A stretch of 64,000 nt of DNA from Hemiscyllium ocellatum. Taxonomy: Eukaryota. Position 1 is the first letter of the stretch. Every line of letters starts with the position of its first letter. Below the pieces are notes generated by a model, which saw only the letters and a program-made list of their open reading frames with translations, had not been told where the DNA came from and did no database searches. Position numbers and translations under genes: made by a program. Where the stretch lies: assembly GCF_020745735.1 (NCBI RefSeq), contig NC_083419.1, forward strand, positions 30,340,085 through 30,404,084, in the 5' to 3' direction. Positions 26,290 through 39,841 of this stretch are shown here, one piece after another.

Positions 26290-26680
26290 ATCACACCTGT
26301 AACAAGTGGCAGCTGCTTGAGTAACTCCAACTCAGGATTGATGAGTTGGAGTCTGAGTTTCAAATACTGCAACACATCAGCGAGGTGAAGAGATTCCTGG
26401 ACGCTGTGTTTCAGGGTGCAGTCACACTCCTTAGATTAACTAATCCCTGATCAGGGACAGAAGGGTGTGACTGTGAGCGAGACAAGTTGAGGGATCCAAA
26501 AGATAAAGCTGAATGAGCCTCAGTCCTGGAGCTTGTTGAACAGGTTTGAGATTCGAGCTCCCTGTGTGGATGAGAGTGGTACAGAGAGCTATTCAAGAGG
26601 GAGAGAAAAGAAAAATACAGTTGAAATCAGGGATAGTATAATCAGAGGAATAGACACTGTTGTCTGTGGCCAGGATTGAA
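26290..26680 (+). mobile_element. CR1 ORF1 remnant (coiled coil and SGNH/GDSL esterase motif)
   Basis: HTCNK..LQLRIDELESEFQ and (G)DSIIRGIDTVVCG. Confidence 0.65.
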
Positions 26681-26864
26681 AGAGGAAAAGCCAACTTTTA
26701 TGTGAAAAGTGTTTAAATATTAGAATAAACTGTTTGATAGGGTGTTAAATACAGCTTTAAAAGTATGCCTCAAAAAGGAATTAGATAAACATGAAATTCC
26801 TATTTGAAAAAGAAAATATCTAAAAGATGTGGGAAAAAGAGTGGACTAGTGAGTAAAACTGGAT

Positions 26865-27137
26865 TAGAACATAGAACATAGAAAAATACAGCTCAGTACA
26901 GGCCCTTTGGCCCTCAATGTTGCGCCGATCCAAGCCCATCTAACCTACACTAGCCCACTATCCTCCATATGCCTATCCAATGCCCATTTAAATGCCCATA
27001 AAGAGGGAGAGTCCACCACTGCTACTGGCAGGGCATTCCATGAACTCAGGACTCGCTGAGTAAAGAATCCACCCCTAACATCTGTCCTATACCTACCACC
27101 CCTTAATTTAAAGCTATGCCCCCTCGTAATAGCTGAT
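26865..27137 (-). mobile_element. CR1 3' end
   Basis: tagaacatagaacatagaa terminal microsatellite (antisense) and CR1 3' UTR. Confidence 0.85.
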
Positions 27138-27474
27138 TGTTTTCTGATATTTTAAATCAACCTGTTCAGGCACATTATAACACTAGTCTGGGGCAGAAAG
27201 GACTTAAAGCCCCTGGCCCAGAGGAACAGACACTATTACTGTGCCATAAGAGCTCCTGCATTGCTTTTAGAAAGAGCTGTGCAGACTCAAAGAGTTTGTT
27301 GGCCAGCCTCCTTTTGTACAATTCTATGGTAAGCTGTGTCCAAAACCATATTTCCCTTTGAAACTTACTTGGTGTATCATCATTCAAACACTGATCCACT
27401 AATTCAAAATCACAGTTCAGGATCTGTCATGTGGGCTGCAGAGAAAACTTGGAATAAGACTGGAACAATCCAGT

Positions 27475-27865
27475 TCAGAGAATTCCTAGAGTGCAGAAGA
27501 GGTCATTTGGCCCATTAAGCCTTAAGACCTTCCAAAAAGCATCCCACCTGGTGTCTGTAACCTCATATGTATCATGGCTCATCCACCTAGCCTACACAAT
27601 AGGGGACAATGTAATATTGACATGCACAGCAGGTCAGGCGGCATCCGAGGAGCAGGAAACTTGAAGTTTCGGGCAAACACCCTTCATCAGGCAATTTAGT
27701 ATAGCCTATCCACTGAAACTGTACATCTTTGCATTATGGGAAGAACCAAAGCAGCCAGAGGAAACCCACGCACACATGTGGAGAATGTACACACTCCACC
27801 CAGATGGTCACTGAATCCAGGTCCATGGTGCTGTGAGGCAGCACTGCTAATCACTGAGCCACCCA
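27475..27865 (-). mobile_element. HE1-type V-SINE containing a PLE pLTR/HHR fragment at ~27625-27690
   Basis: Antisense head gctgtgaggcagcactgctaatcactgagcc; insert gcacagcaggtcagg...cccttcatcagg. Confidence 0.8.
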
Positions 27866-28075
27866 GTTCTTGTGGTCCATGTAAGTACCATTGCAAGGGA
27901 TAGAAAGAGGAAAGCAGTTCTGCTGAGGGAATATGATTAGCTAGGGGCTAAATTAAAAAGCAGAACCAAAAAAGATGATAACCTCTGGATTATCACCTGA
28001 ACTGTGAGCAAGTTGGCACAGGCTCAACAAGAATAGACAGATAAATACATCAAAGTTTGTGAAAATAAATACATG

Positions 28076-28344
28076 TTAAGATTGGAGTGGTGCTGGAAAA
28101 GCACAGCAGGTCAGGCAGCATCCGAGGAGCAGGAAAATCAATGTTTCAGGCAAAAGTCCTTCATCAGGAATAGAGGCAGGGAGCCTTCAAGGTGGAGGCT
28201 CCCTGCCTCATTCCTGATGAAGGGCTTTTGCCTGAAACATTGATTTTCCTGCTCCTCGGATGCTGCCTGACATGCTGTGCTTTTCCAGCACCACTCTAAT
28301 CTTAACTCTGACCTCCAGCATCTGCAGTCCTCACTTTCACCTAG
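28076..28344. mobile_element. ~270-bp fold-back PLE mini-insertion with two inverted HHR motifs and 11-bp TSD
   Basis: Arms of ~110 bp centred near 28190; tail on the right only; TSD ATAAATACATG at 28065-28075 and 28345-28355. Confidence 0.9.
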
Positions 28345-28818
28345 ATAAATACATGGCTCAAAGATTGATACCAGAGAAAAGACATCAAATTCATGGGACA
28401 TTGGTACTGGGGAAAGAGGGAGCTGTTCTGATGGAACGGGCTTCACCTGAATCATGTTGTGACCAGAATCCTGGTGAATTGCATAACTAGGGCTATAGAT
28501 TGGCACTGGGGGGTATGAGTTCAGGTTTGTGGATAATTATTGATTAAGTTAAAGTGGGGAGCATTCAGAAAAGGTTATTAAAGTTTTCAAAACAAGTAAT
28601 AGGACAGCAAGAATGGGAAGGATCAGGAATCTAACGTCAGGCGCAGCAGTTAAGGGGTCAAATATGAGAGGGGGGCAGTCAATGCAAGACTCAGGATGTT
28701 GTATTTAAATGCACACAGAATACAAAACAAGATAAATGGGTTTGTAACTCAGATTGAAATTGGTATTAACAACATTGTGGGTATCACAAAGATGGGGCTG
28801 CAAGGGGGTTAGGACTGG

Positions 28819-29531
28819 TATTATGAAGATGTGGGTGCACTTTAAGAGAGTTAAAAGCAGAAAAACTACGGGCACAACACCAAGTGGTCTCAATAAGGCA
28901 ACAATGTAACACTTGCACGAACAACTCAATTAGCTCGTTGCCTGGGGAAAAAAAAATTGAATTTGACCAATCAGTTTAAATTATACCCCGAAAAATACCA
29001 AACTCCAATCCGGTTTGAATTGAGTATATTGACAATCTTAAAAGCCAATGACACAATCTGATGCTTTGGGACTATAAGACCGGAAGAAAATTGAACAGTT
29101 GAGAGGAGAACTGCTAAGCCCAGCCTGTAAACAAACTGCTTGAAAAATAGTTCTCTTAAAAAGGTACCTTTTCGATCAGTAACCTGTGGCACAGAAATTC
29201 CAAAGAAAAAGAAAAGAAGACACAGGAAGATCCAAATAGAAGCATGAAAGCTGCCTGCTTTTGAGATAAGAAGTGTTGTTTTTTAAATCTTAATTGGGAG
29301 TTTTATCAGACTAGTATTATAGAAGGGAAAGTTAAAAAAAAAGGTTGGAGTAAGGACGTATATATAGTTATTTGTTAATTATTCTCTGTTATATTTTAAG
29401 AAATAAAGTTGTTAATTTTTACTTTAAATAGTTCTTGGCTACTCAAAATTTTACAGTTTACTGCATGGCAAAGATCTTTTCTATGCTGCTGGTTTTGAAT
29501 TAAGCAAGAGTGTTTACCTCGTGGAGCACTA
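28819..29531 (+). mobile_element. Solo Ty3/gypsy-type LTR
   Basis: 4-bp TSD CTGG (28815-28818 and 29532-29535) restores the CR1 reading DWELNIQG; AATAAA near 29402. Confidence 0.8.
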
Positions 29532-29568
29532 CTGGGAACTAAATATCCAAGGATTTGTGTCCTATCAA

Positions 29569-31964
29569 GACCATAAGATCATGAAACATAGCAGCAGAAT
29601 TTAGGCCATTCAGCCCGTTGAGTCTTCTCTGCCATTCAATCATGGTTGATAAGTATGGGTGGAAGTCAGTTTCTGGAAAGCAACAGTTATTTTGTCTGGT
29701 GTTTTCCAAAGATTCTCCCAATAGAGAAATAGAAGAACAATTGGACAGCAAACCTTGGAAAGGTACAAATGTAAGAGTTCATGTTATGGGTGACTTCAAC
29801 TTCCCCAATATTGTTTGGAACCTCCTTAGTGCAGATCGTCTGGGTGCAGTTGATTTTTGTCAGGTGTGTCGAGGAAGGATTCTTCCTCAATATGTAGATC
29901 AACAACTAGAGTGGGAGGCCATATTGGTTTTGGTGCTAGGCAATGAACCAGGTCAGGTGTCAGATCTCTTGGTGGGAGAGCATTTTGGTGACAGTGACTA
30001 CAACTGCCTCACCTTTACCATGGCCATGGAGAGGGATAGGAACAGACAGTATAGGAAAGTATTCAATTGGGGGAGGGGTAATTATACTGCTATTAGACAG
30101 GAGCTCTTGGCTATAAATTGAGAACAATTGTTGTTCAGGAAATGCACAACAGAAATGTGGAGGCTGTTTAAGGAGCACTTGTTGAGAATGTTTGATAAGT
30201 TGGTCTCACTGAGACAGGCAAGAAATGGTAAGGGGAAGGAGCCTTGGATGACAAGAGCAGAGGAGCTTCTTGTCAAAAAGAAGAAAGATGGTTATTTAAG
30301 ATTGAGGAAGCAAAGATCTGGCTTGGCTTTAGAGGATTACAGGGCAGCTAGGAAAGAAATCAAAAAATGGACTGAGGAGAGCTAGGAGGGGGTATAAAAA
30401 ACCCTTGGCAGGAAAGATTAGTAAAAACCCAAAGGCGTTTGAATTTTCTCCCCATTTAGAAAGTGCCTCTAGTCTTCCTACCAGAGTGTATGGTACATTC
30501 TGCACTTTCCTACATCGTATTCTATCTGCCACTTCTCTACCCACTCTCCTAACATGTCTAAATTCTTCTGCAGTCTCCCCGCCTCCTCAATACTACCTGT
30601 TCCTCCACCTATCTTTGTATCATCTGCAAACTTAGCCAGAATGCCCTCAGTTCTTTCATCCAGATCATTAACGTATAAAGTGAAAATGTGTGGTCCCAAC
30701 CCTGAACATTGCGGAACACAACTTATCACCGCCTGCCATCCTTAGAAGGGCCCATTTATCATCAGTCTCTGCTTTCTGCCAGACAGCCATTCTTCTATCC
30801 ATGCTAGCACTTTGCCTCTTACACTATGGGCCCTTACCTTATTCAGCAGACTCCTGTGTGGCACCTTAACAAAGGCCTTCTGAACGCCCAGTTGGATAAC
30901 ATCCATTGGCTCTCCTTGGTCTAATGTATTCATTACCTCCTCAAAGAATTCTAACAGATTTGTCGGACATGTCTTCCCCTTGATGAAACCATGCTGACTT
31001 TACCTATTTTACCAGTCACTTTCAAGTATTCAGAAATCTCATCCTTAAAATTGGACTCCAAAATCTTAACAATGACCAAGGTCAGGGTAATTGGCCTGTA
31101 ATTTCCTGTCTTTTGCCTTACTCTCTTTTCAAGCAGGAGGGTTACATTAGTGATTTTCCAGTCCTCTGGGAGCCTCTCTGACTCCAGTAATTCCTGGAAG
31201 ATGACCACTAATGCCTCCACTATCTCTTCAGCTATCTCCTTCAAAACTCTTTGATGTAGTCCATCAGGTCCAGGTGATTCATCCAGGTTTTCTCACACCT
31301 CCTTCTTGGTGAGGATCACCATAATCACCTCTGTCCCCACCGACTCTCTTGAAGTTTTGGAATGTTACTGATGCAAAGTACTTGTTCAGTTCCTCTGCCA
31401 TTTCTTTGTTCCCTATAAAAACTTCTCCAGCATCAATTTCCAATAGTCCAATGTCCACTTTTGCCTCTCTTTTGCCCTTTATAAATCTAAAGAAACTCTT
31501 GCAACCTTCCTTTATATTACTGGCTAGCTTACCCTCATATTTAATCTTCTCTCTCTTTATGTTTTTTTCATTTGTTCTCTTTTGGTCTTTGTAGGTTTCC
31601 CATTCTCCTGGCTTTCCACTGCCATTCACTGCATTATTTCTTTGCTTTTATGCTGTCCCTGTCTTCCCTCATCTGCTATGGTTTTCTTATCTCTCCTTTA
31701 GTATGCTTCTTTCTCTAGGGATGGAATTTTGCTGTGTCTCCAAATTGCTCCTCAAAATTCCTGCCATTGCTGTTCCACTGTCTTTCTTGCTAGGCTCCTC
31801 TCCCAGTCAGTTCTAGTCAGCGCTTCCCTCATGTCTCTGTAGTTACCTTTATTCAGCTATAATACCATTACATGTAATTAAACCTTCTCCCTCTCAAATT
31901 GCAGATTAAATTCTATCATGTGATCGTCACTGCTTCCTAAGGATTCCTTCACCTTAAGCTCCCT
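29569..31964 (-). mobile_element. Nested antisense CR1, itself interrupted by a plus-strand CR1 endonuclease fragment (~29655-30440)
   Basis: Minus ORFs with NYRPITLT, KAFVKVPH and KFADDTKIGG; plus ORF with VMGDFNFPNI and FGDSDYN; TATCAA repeated at 29563-29568 and 31965-31970. Confidence 0.85.
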
Positions 31965-34900
31965 TATCAAAAGGACAGACAGGTGGGCAGAGAGGACATG
32001 TTGGCCTTGCTGGTAAGAAATGAAATTTAAACTTGATAGAAAGAAATGATATAGAGTCAGAAGGTATTGAATCTGTGTGAGTAGAATGGAGAAACCACAA
32101 AGAAGAAAAGACCGTGACAGAAATTATGCACAGGCCTGCTCACAATAGTGAGGATGTGGGACAAATAAGAAACTCAGGAGACAGAAAAGGCATGTAAGAA
32201 AGACCCTATTGTAACAATTATGGTGGAATTCAAGATGCAGAGGGACTGGGAAAATCAAGTTGGCAGCATTTCTTCAGCTAGAAGCTAGTGAATCTGTGGT
32301 ACTTATTCCCCAAAAGGGCTGTGGAGGCCAAGTCATTAAATGTCTTACAGAGACACAGAGGTTCTTGATTTGTTAGGTGATCTGTGGCTGTGGGGAGAAG
32401 GCAGGAAAATGGGGTTGAGAAACACATCAGCCATGACTGAATGGTAGAGTAGACTTGAGGGGCTGAATGGCCTCACTCTACTCTTTTATCTTATGGTCAT
32501 ATGGCTCATCTTCACAGACGTTCTACAGAAAAAGTATTGTTTGAGGATCAGAATCTCATAGAAGGTACTCAATGGACACCTTTGCATTTTTTAATGAAGG
32601 TGTAGTTCTCGATGGGCAGGCTGTATCCAGTACCCATAGCAAGGAAGTTGACAATTGTGTTTAATGTGTAGGTCACTGGCTCTTTTCAGGCATGGCTCTG
32701 AACATTCATAGGATTGTTTAATCAGCAATCATGTTTCTATCATGTAGCTATATTTTACATTCAGGTTTCTGACTATGTTGAGTTTTATGTTAGACTAATC
32801 TAGCCCTGAGAGCTCTCTGTCTTCCTCAACAGCAAGACTCCCTTTGGTACAATGGATGGGCTGCAACCAGGTGACCATTCAGAGGGCATTTGGGTTTCTA
32901 AACACTCTTACCAGCAACTCAATTTCAGAGAAATGTCACTCCTATCACACACATTTAAATTATTACTTAACCAATGTTATCCACACTAAAACAGCTCAGC
33001 TTAGGTGACTGGTTCCCCTGAACAGACCTGATTCTCTTTCTGGGAAAAAAAAACAACTGTCCTAGATTCTAAAATGAACATTTGATTGTTCTGAATTTAT
33101 TTTTATTTCGTATCTCCAGCATCTGCAATACATTGCATTTATTTAAGTCTTGGTAGGATCTATTTTAGCTGGAGCATTATCGTGGTCCATTGAAACAGCA
33201 GAGCTATACTGGAAACTCCTTTCCTTTTGCAGGCTGGTTACCAACTACATGTATTCCAAACAATATCCAGGATCAGAAACTGAACCCAGACAATCCTAAA
33301 CCCAGGCTCTTTGAGTCCAGTAAACAAGCAATTATCACAAAACATGTAACTATCAAGGAATGCCATGCTAAAATACCACATCAATCACTTTAAAAACACA
33401 ACCCAGATGTGTACAAGCTTTCTAAGTTAAGCCCTCGAAAATGGTTAAATTTGGAGCCCTCACAACATAACTCAGACTTCCTGGTTGAAGGCCAACTATG
33501 TTATATATGTATCATTCTCTGCATAAGATGGAAATCCATGCAAAAGTAATGGTGTAAATTTGTGTTGATCCTTTGTCCAATGTGATAGCAAAAATAAAGA
33601 TTACTATTGCTTTAACAAATCATCCAATTGCAGCTTACCAAACACTAGCAATTTCTGTGATCTATATTTTGAATTGAGAGCTCCCCTTCACATTTTGCAT
33701 CTCTATGTTCCATTTGCTGCATCCACCTACTTACCATGTGGAAGCCATCAAAAATATATTTAAATGCACAAGTATAAGTAATCTATTTTAAGAAATTCTT
33801 ATTTTCAGCTGTGTTGTCTCATTTTTGACTAGTTTTTTTTAAACATTTTATATTGGCATCAATAAACTATGTTATTTAAAGCTATTTTTGTTTTATTTTA
33901 TTGAACTTTAAGGAATAGCAGATGTGCATAATTTGCATATTTTAAAAGGATATCACAGAAGTTGAGAATTGTGTTAAAGTTTTAGAAGACTATATTAATA
34001 TTCAGGACAACTGACATGAAAGAAATGTGGCAAGCTTTGCATTTCACTTTATTAATAATATGGTTGAAAGACCATGAAATAACTGCAGCAATAAATAAAT
34101 GAAAATTATGAAAGGATTGTGATTACATCAGAGCAACACCACAACAGTTACAAATTCAGCATATTCATTAATTGTACAATAACACAAAAACATAGCTAAT
34201 TATGAAAGAGTTAAGTATCATTTAAATGTATGGAAAAAGATCAACTATATGCCCATCTAAAATTTACTTTAAAAATTAACTCTACTTGTGACTTGAGACA
34301 AAGTGAGCACATTCGTTAATTTTATACTTGCGTTGAGGATAATGACCTTGAATTTTTTTTATTGTTACACATCAGCAGCACTTCAACAGACATCTATCAT
34401 ATGAGCTGTCCCAATTGGTAAAAGGGCTTAATTAACAATTAATTTGCTTCATTGCCTCCATACACCGTCGATCAATCCATAAATAGACAATGCAAAACAT
34501 CCAAGCCGGATTTGAATAATGTAGAGTTTGTGTTTGAAACCAATAATTCTGAATGTACTGCAACATTCTGGTACTCACTGATTGTTGCATTTATTCAAAG
34601 CATAGGTAGGAGCTATTACTATATAGTAGCACATGTTTGCACAGTTGGGCTTTATAATAGTAGTTTATTTTAGTGAGCAACTAAATTATATATTACAACC
34701 TAAATTATCAAGACAGTAGAGAGTGTGCAGAAATATTTATTTTGGACACATCTGTTGTGTGATCTAGAACATACATAGGAAGCCAAACATCTCTATTATT
34801 ATTTGGACACAAAATTATAGTAAAATACATACAGAAAATATGACTTTAAAAAAAAACTTCTTTATGAATATTTGGAATGATTTTGTTCGGCTTTTCTCCA

Positions 34901-35794
34901 GCTGAATTGAAAGTCAAAATTGAAGGACAGAATTGTGACTGAAAGGAATGAAGAGGTGAGTTAAATCAACAAACACTTAAGAAAAAAATCAACAAGTATT
35001 GAGTGGGTGATGACACTTTAGTTTTAAAATAAGTATGATTTAATGTTCAAGACAGAATTCACTCCCACCACCTGGAAAACCAATGGATCTTTTTCATGTC
35101 AAAGCCAGTTGTAATTTTCCGACAATCAGGCACTTTGCAGGAGAGCCTTAATCCTCTCCTCGTATTAAGCCCTGAACAGGGCAGAAATCCTTCTACTTAA
35201 AGCTGCTAGTCAATCAGAGACTGTCTGCTGTCCAATACTGGATGTACCACCGAGAATGGTAACTATTACACATGTCGCTGATGAATCCTTGGAGAAGATA
35301 AGTGAGGCAGGATTGGAATACCAAAAGGTTGAGGGCAAACACATTGGGAAAGATAGAGGGATGGACAATTGACAATATTTACAGTGTGTCTTCCTGTGGG
35401 GCTTCCCTTCCTGATGCTGGTCAACTCTATTGAGCACTGATAACTATGACACCTTATCCAGTAGGCTACAGGCAAGCACAACAGCATTGGGTTGCATTCT
35501 GAGTCCCCCAAACCCCTGCTGGTAGAATTTCAGTAGCAGCAGAATGAAACCCTTAAATGACCCCAAAGGGCCTCATGGGAAATTCATGGGATAGAAGGAA
35601 TCCCACCACCCTTTGTGCCCAGCTCTTGACTAGGGAACTATGGCAGAGTTAGGAAGGCAGTGGGATCTCCATTCCACACCCTCCTCTCTGATCAAACACC
35701 CCTCCAGGTGGCATGATATTCTGAGTTATCACTACAGTGGTCCTAGATCGTCTCAACAGCACAGCCCAATGTATACGACCAGAAATCTGACCTT

Positions 35795-36079
35795 AGATTA
35801 GATTACTTACAGTTGGAAACAGGCCCTTCAGCCCAACAAGTCCACACCGACCCGCCGAAGCGCAACCCACTCATACCCCTACATTTACCCCTTTACCTAA
35901 CACTACAGGCAATTTAGCATGGCCAATTCACCTGACCCACACATCTTGGACTGTGGGAGGAAACCGGAGCACCCGGAGGAAACCCACGCAGACACGGGGA
36001 GAATGTGCAAACCCCACATAGTCAGTTGCCTGAGTCGGGAATTGAACCCGGGTGAGGCAGCAGTGCTAACCACTGTGCC
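35795..36079 (-). mobile_element. Young HE1-type V-SINE with 10-bp TSD
   Basis: Full head and V-domain; TSD ATCTGACCTT at 35785-35794 and 36080-36089. Confidence 0.92.
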
Positions 36080-36414
36080 ATCTGACCTTGTTACACCCAT
36101 TTTACAGGCAAAATAAGATTGAATTTTGGTGAAATATGTCCTGCACTCTAGGGATACCTGGAAAGGTGTCCTGTTGGAGACTGAGTTAGTTTATTTTTCA
36201 TCTTTTAGAATGGTCATCCGAAAAGTCCTTTAAACATATTTATGAAGTCTGTTTCAAGAAACTTCTGTGTAATTGGTTTACCTGAGTACTAGTCTGCACA
36301 GTTTAGATGTGAGTGCAGTCAACACTCAAAATGTGTAAGTTTCATTACTTTTCAAGAAATAATTATTGTGGAACAGGGTGAAACAGGAATGACAATTCCA
36401 ATCCAGTTGACTAT

Positions 36415-37387
36415 TACATAGAACATAGAACATTACAGCGCAGTACAAGCCCTTCGGAACTCGATGTTGCACCGCCCTGTCATACTAATCTGAAGCCCAT
36501 CCCAACTACACTATTCCATGTATGTCCATTTGCCTGTTCAATGACGACTTAAATGCACTTAAACTTGGTGAATCTACTACCATTGCAGGCAAAGCATTCC
36601 ATACCCTTACTACTCTCTGAATAAAGAAACTACCTCTGACATCTGTCTTACACCTATCTCCCCTCACTTTAAAGTTGTGTCCCCTCGTGTTTGCCATCCC
36701 CACACTTAGAAAAAGGCTCTCCCTGTCCACCCTATCTAACCCTCTGATTATCTTGTATGTCTCTATTAAGTCACCTCTCAACCTTCCTCTCTCTAACGAG
36801 AGCAGCCTCAGGCCCTCAGCCTTTCCTCGTAAGACATTCCTTCCATACCAGGCAACATCCTAGTAAATCTCCTCTGCACCCTTTCCAAAGCTTCCACATC
36901 CTTTTTATAATGCGGTGACCAGAACTGTACACAATATTCCAAGTGTGGCCATAACAGAGCTTTGTACAGCTGCAGCATAACTTCCTGGTTCTAGAACTCA
37001 ATCCCTCTATTAATAAAGACCAAAACACTGTATGCCTTCTTAACAACCCTGTCAATCTGGGTGGCAACTTTCAGGGATCTGTGTACATGGACACTGAGAT
37101 CTCTCTGCTCATCTGCACTCCCAAGAATCCTATCATTAGCCCAGTACTTTGCATTCTGATTACTCTGTCCAAAATGTATCACTTCACACTTGTCCACATT
37201 AAACTCTATTTGCCACCTCTCAGCCCAGCTCTGCATCCTATCTATGTCTCTCTGCATCCTACTACATCCTTCATCACTATCCACAACTTCACCGACCTTA
37301 GTGTCGTCCACAAATTTACCAATCCACTCTTCTAAGCCCTCATCCAGGTCATTTATAAAAATGACAAACAGCAGTGGACCCAACACT
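36415..37387 (-). mobile_element. Young CR1 3' portion
   Basis: ORFs LGPLLFVIFINDLD...KFVDDTK and RGDLIETYKI; catagaa terminal repeats. Confidence 0.93.
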
Positions 37388-39167
37388 GGACAATGCTCAG
37401 GAGCAATAGGTCTTACCTTTTCTTTGATAACTTAATTATAGACCCCTCTTGTCACTGTAGCTATAATAATTTAATTGGCACTTGGGGCTGTGTGTTGGTC
37501 TTTGAGAAAAGGCAATGTGTTGCAGTGGTATTGTTACTGAAATAGTAATTCACAGACACAAGAAATATTCTGGAAGCCCATGTTTGAATCCCACAACAGC
37601 AGATGGTGGAATTTGAATTTAAGAAAATCCGGAATTAAAAGTCTAATAATGACCATGAAATTGTCGCTGCTTGTGTTTAAAAAGAATCTGAGCTGGTTCA
37701 ATAATGTCATTTAGAGAAGGAAAGTATCTAAATAAGGAATAATGATAGATCACCTGGTACCAACTGAAGCAACAGTCCTGATCTTGCAAAATACTTTAAC
37801 CAATGTCTGAAAGTTATACCCAAACTGGGCGGGCTGCCTCACAGTCTAACCAAGCAATAGTCTGACATAGTCATAGTCATACAGAATCATGCCTAATAGA
37901 CAATGATAATAGGTTATCATCCCACCAGCAAGACATGCCAAGAGTGGTAGTTTTACAGTAAGATAGAATCAGAAGGGAGTATCCTGGAAGTCCTCAATAT
38001 TAACTCCAGACCTCATGAAGTCATATGACATCAGATCAAACATGGGCAAGGAAACTTTTGATTACCACAACTACCTTCCCTTCCGCTGAAGAATCTGCAC
38101 TACTCATGTTGAGCAGCATTTGGAGGAAACACTGAGGGTGGCAAGGGAACAGAATATACTCTGGGTGAAGTCTCAAAGTCCATCAGCAGCACTGTTATTG
38201 ACTGAGGTGGTGAACTGGTCTTAGCTGCTAGACTAAGTCCACGACAGGTGCTGAGGCAGCCCCAAGAGAAAAAGACATACTCGACCTCATCCTTACAGAA
38301 CTTCATACTGCACACAGAACTATCCATGGTCTTGAAGAAGTAGCCATTGTTCAGTTCCGATGTAGATGAATTCCTAGCTTCACATTGAGGATATCCCCCA
38401 TTATGGTGTGGAACACTGCCAGTATAGATAATAGGATTGGCTTTGAACAGAACTAGTATCTCAAGATAGAACATTCATGAGGCACTGCGTGCATCAACAG
38501 CAGAACTGCACTCAAACATAGTCTGCAACCTCATGAACCAGACTATCTCCCATATTACAGTTACCAGCAGACTTCTGAAATCAGAAGTCAATGCTGTGAT
38601 CAGTGAGTCAACATTGATCACCTCATGTGGAACCTTAGATGCTTAGAGGGAAAATTGTCATCAAGTCAGGGGATCAACCCTGGTACAGTGAACAGTCCAG
38701 GAAAGCATGCCAGGAAAGGCAAAGATATACTGATAAACATCAACTGCCATCATAGCAGATTTGCAAAACAAGGCAATTTGCACGTTAAATAGCATAACCA
38801 GCAAGTGATAGACTTGGCTAAGTGATTCCACAACTAATGGGTGGGAAATTAGGCCTGCAATGATGTCACATGCAATCTTGAATGTGGTGGACATTCATCA
38901 ACTCACGGGCGGAGGACGGTCCACAAATATCCCCAGCCTCAATGTTAGAGGAATCCAGTACGGTCAGTGCAAAAATAAGACTTAAGTATTTGCAACAATC
39001 TTCAGCCAGAAGCACCAAGTGAAATATCTATGTCAGCCTCCTTTATAGGTCCCGAGCATCACAAATCCTTGTCTTTAGCCATTTCAATTCACTCCACATG
39101 ATTAAAAAAAAACTGGAGATACTGAATACTAGAAAGGTTTCTGGACCTGACAATAGTCTAGCAAAAG

Positions 39168-39293
39168 GGTGGCAAGTGGCTCAGTGATTAGCACTGCTGT
39201 CTCACAGCACTAGGAACCTGGGTTCATTCCCACCCCTGGGCGATTGTCTATGTGGAGTTGACACAATCTCCCTGTGTCTGCATGGGTCTCTCT
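39168..39293 (+). mobile_element. HE1-type SINE, 5' half
   Basis: gtggctcagtgattagcactgctg...gggttcattccc...gtggagttgacac. Confidence 0.8.
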
Positions 39294-39841
39294 CAATGAT
39301 CTGGTGTAAAAGTCTATTTTACAGCAGAAAAAGGACAGCTTCTTCCTTTCAGGAGGTCTGATGGCTTCTGACAACATTATTTATACCCACAAGCCGTTCA
39401 TCTACCTGGGAGTCAATTGTACATTTCTTGGGAGCCATAAGATCTTTGTCAGCAACAACTGGACACCATTCCTGAGTCCAATCAGCTACTTGTTGCTGGC
39501 TGAATCTTAGTTTATATACCCTCGCTAGTTCCAGTTCATTGACAACTAAACCTCCCCTACTCCCCACCCCAGCTAGAACAAATAGTAGTGTAAGTAGCAC
39601 TTAAAGTGTCATTAAAGTTTAGTAATCCTGTCCACAATTTTTGATTTTTTTAAAACCCCGTCCTTTTCCCATTTCAGTCCAAAACAAAAAAGCAGATAAA
39701 ATAAAAGTATGGTCAGAAAGATATTGTCTTCATAGGTGTGATAGAATATTCACCCCTTATCTGGATAAGTACAACTCTAACAACATTCAAGAAGCTAAAC
39801 ACCAACCAGGATAGAGCAGTCCACATGATTGGCACCAATTG

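Larger units (their letters stand above)
28345..32500 (+). mobile_element. Host CR1 (ORF1 end, APE endonuclease, 3' end) carrying nested insertions
   Basis: YLNAH..QNK; QG..DW|ELNIQG split by an LTR; resumes KDRQVG at 31971; CR1 3' end near 32500. Confidence 0.75.

Noticed and set aside
35795-36079. tRNA-like A/B boxes as tRNA genes
   Set aside because: They are SINE heads followed by a V-domain and LINE-derived tail, with a TSD
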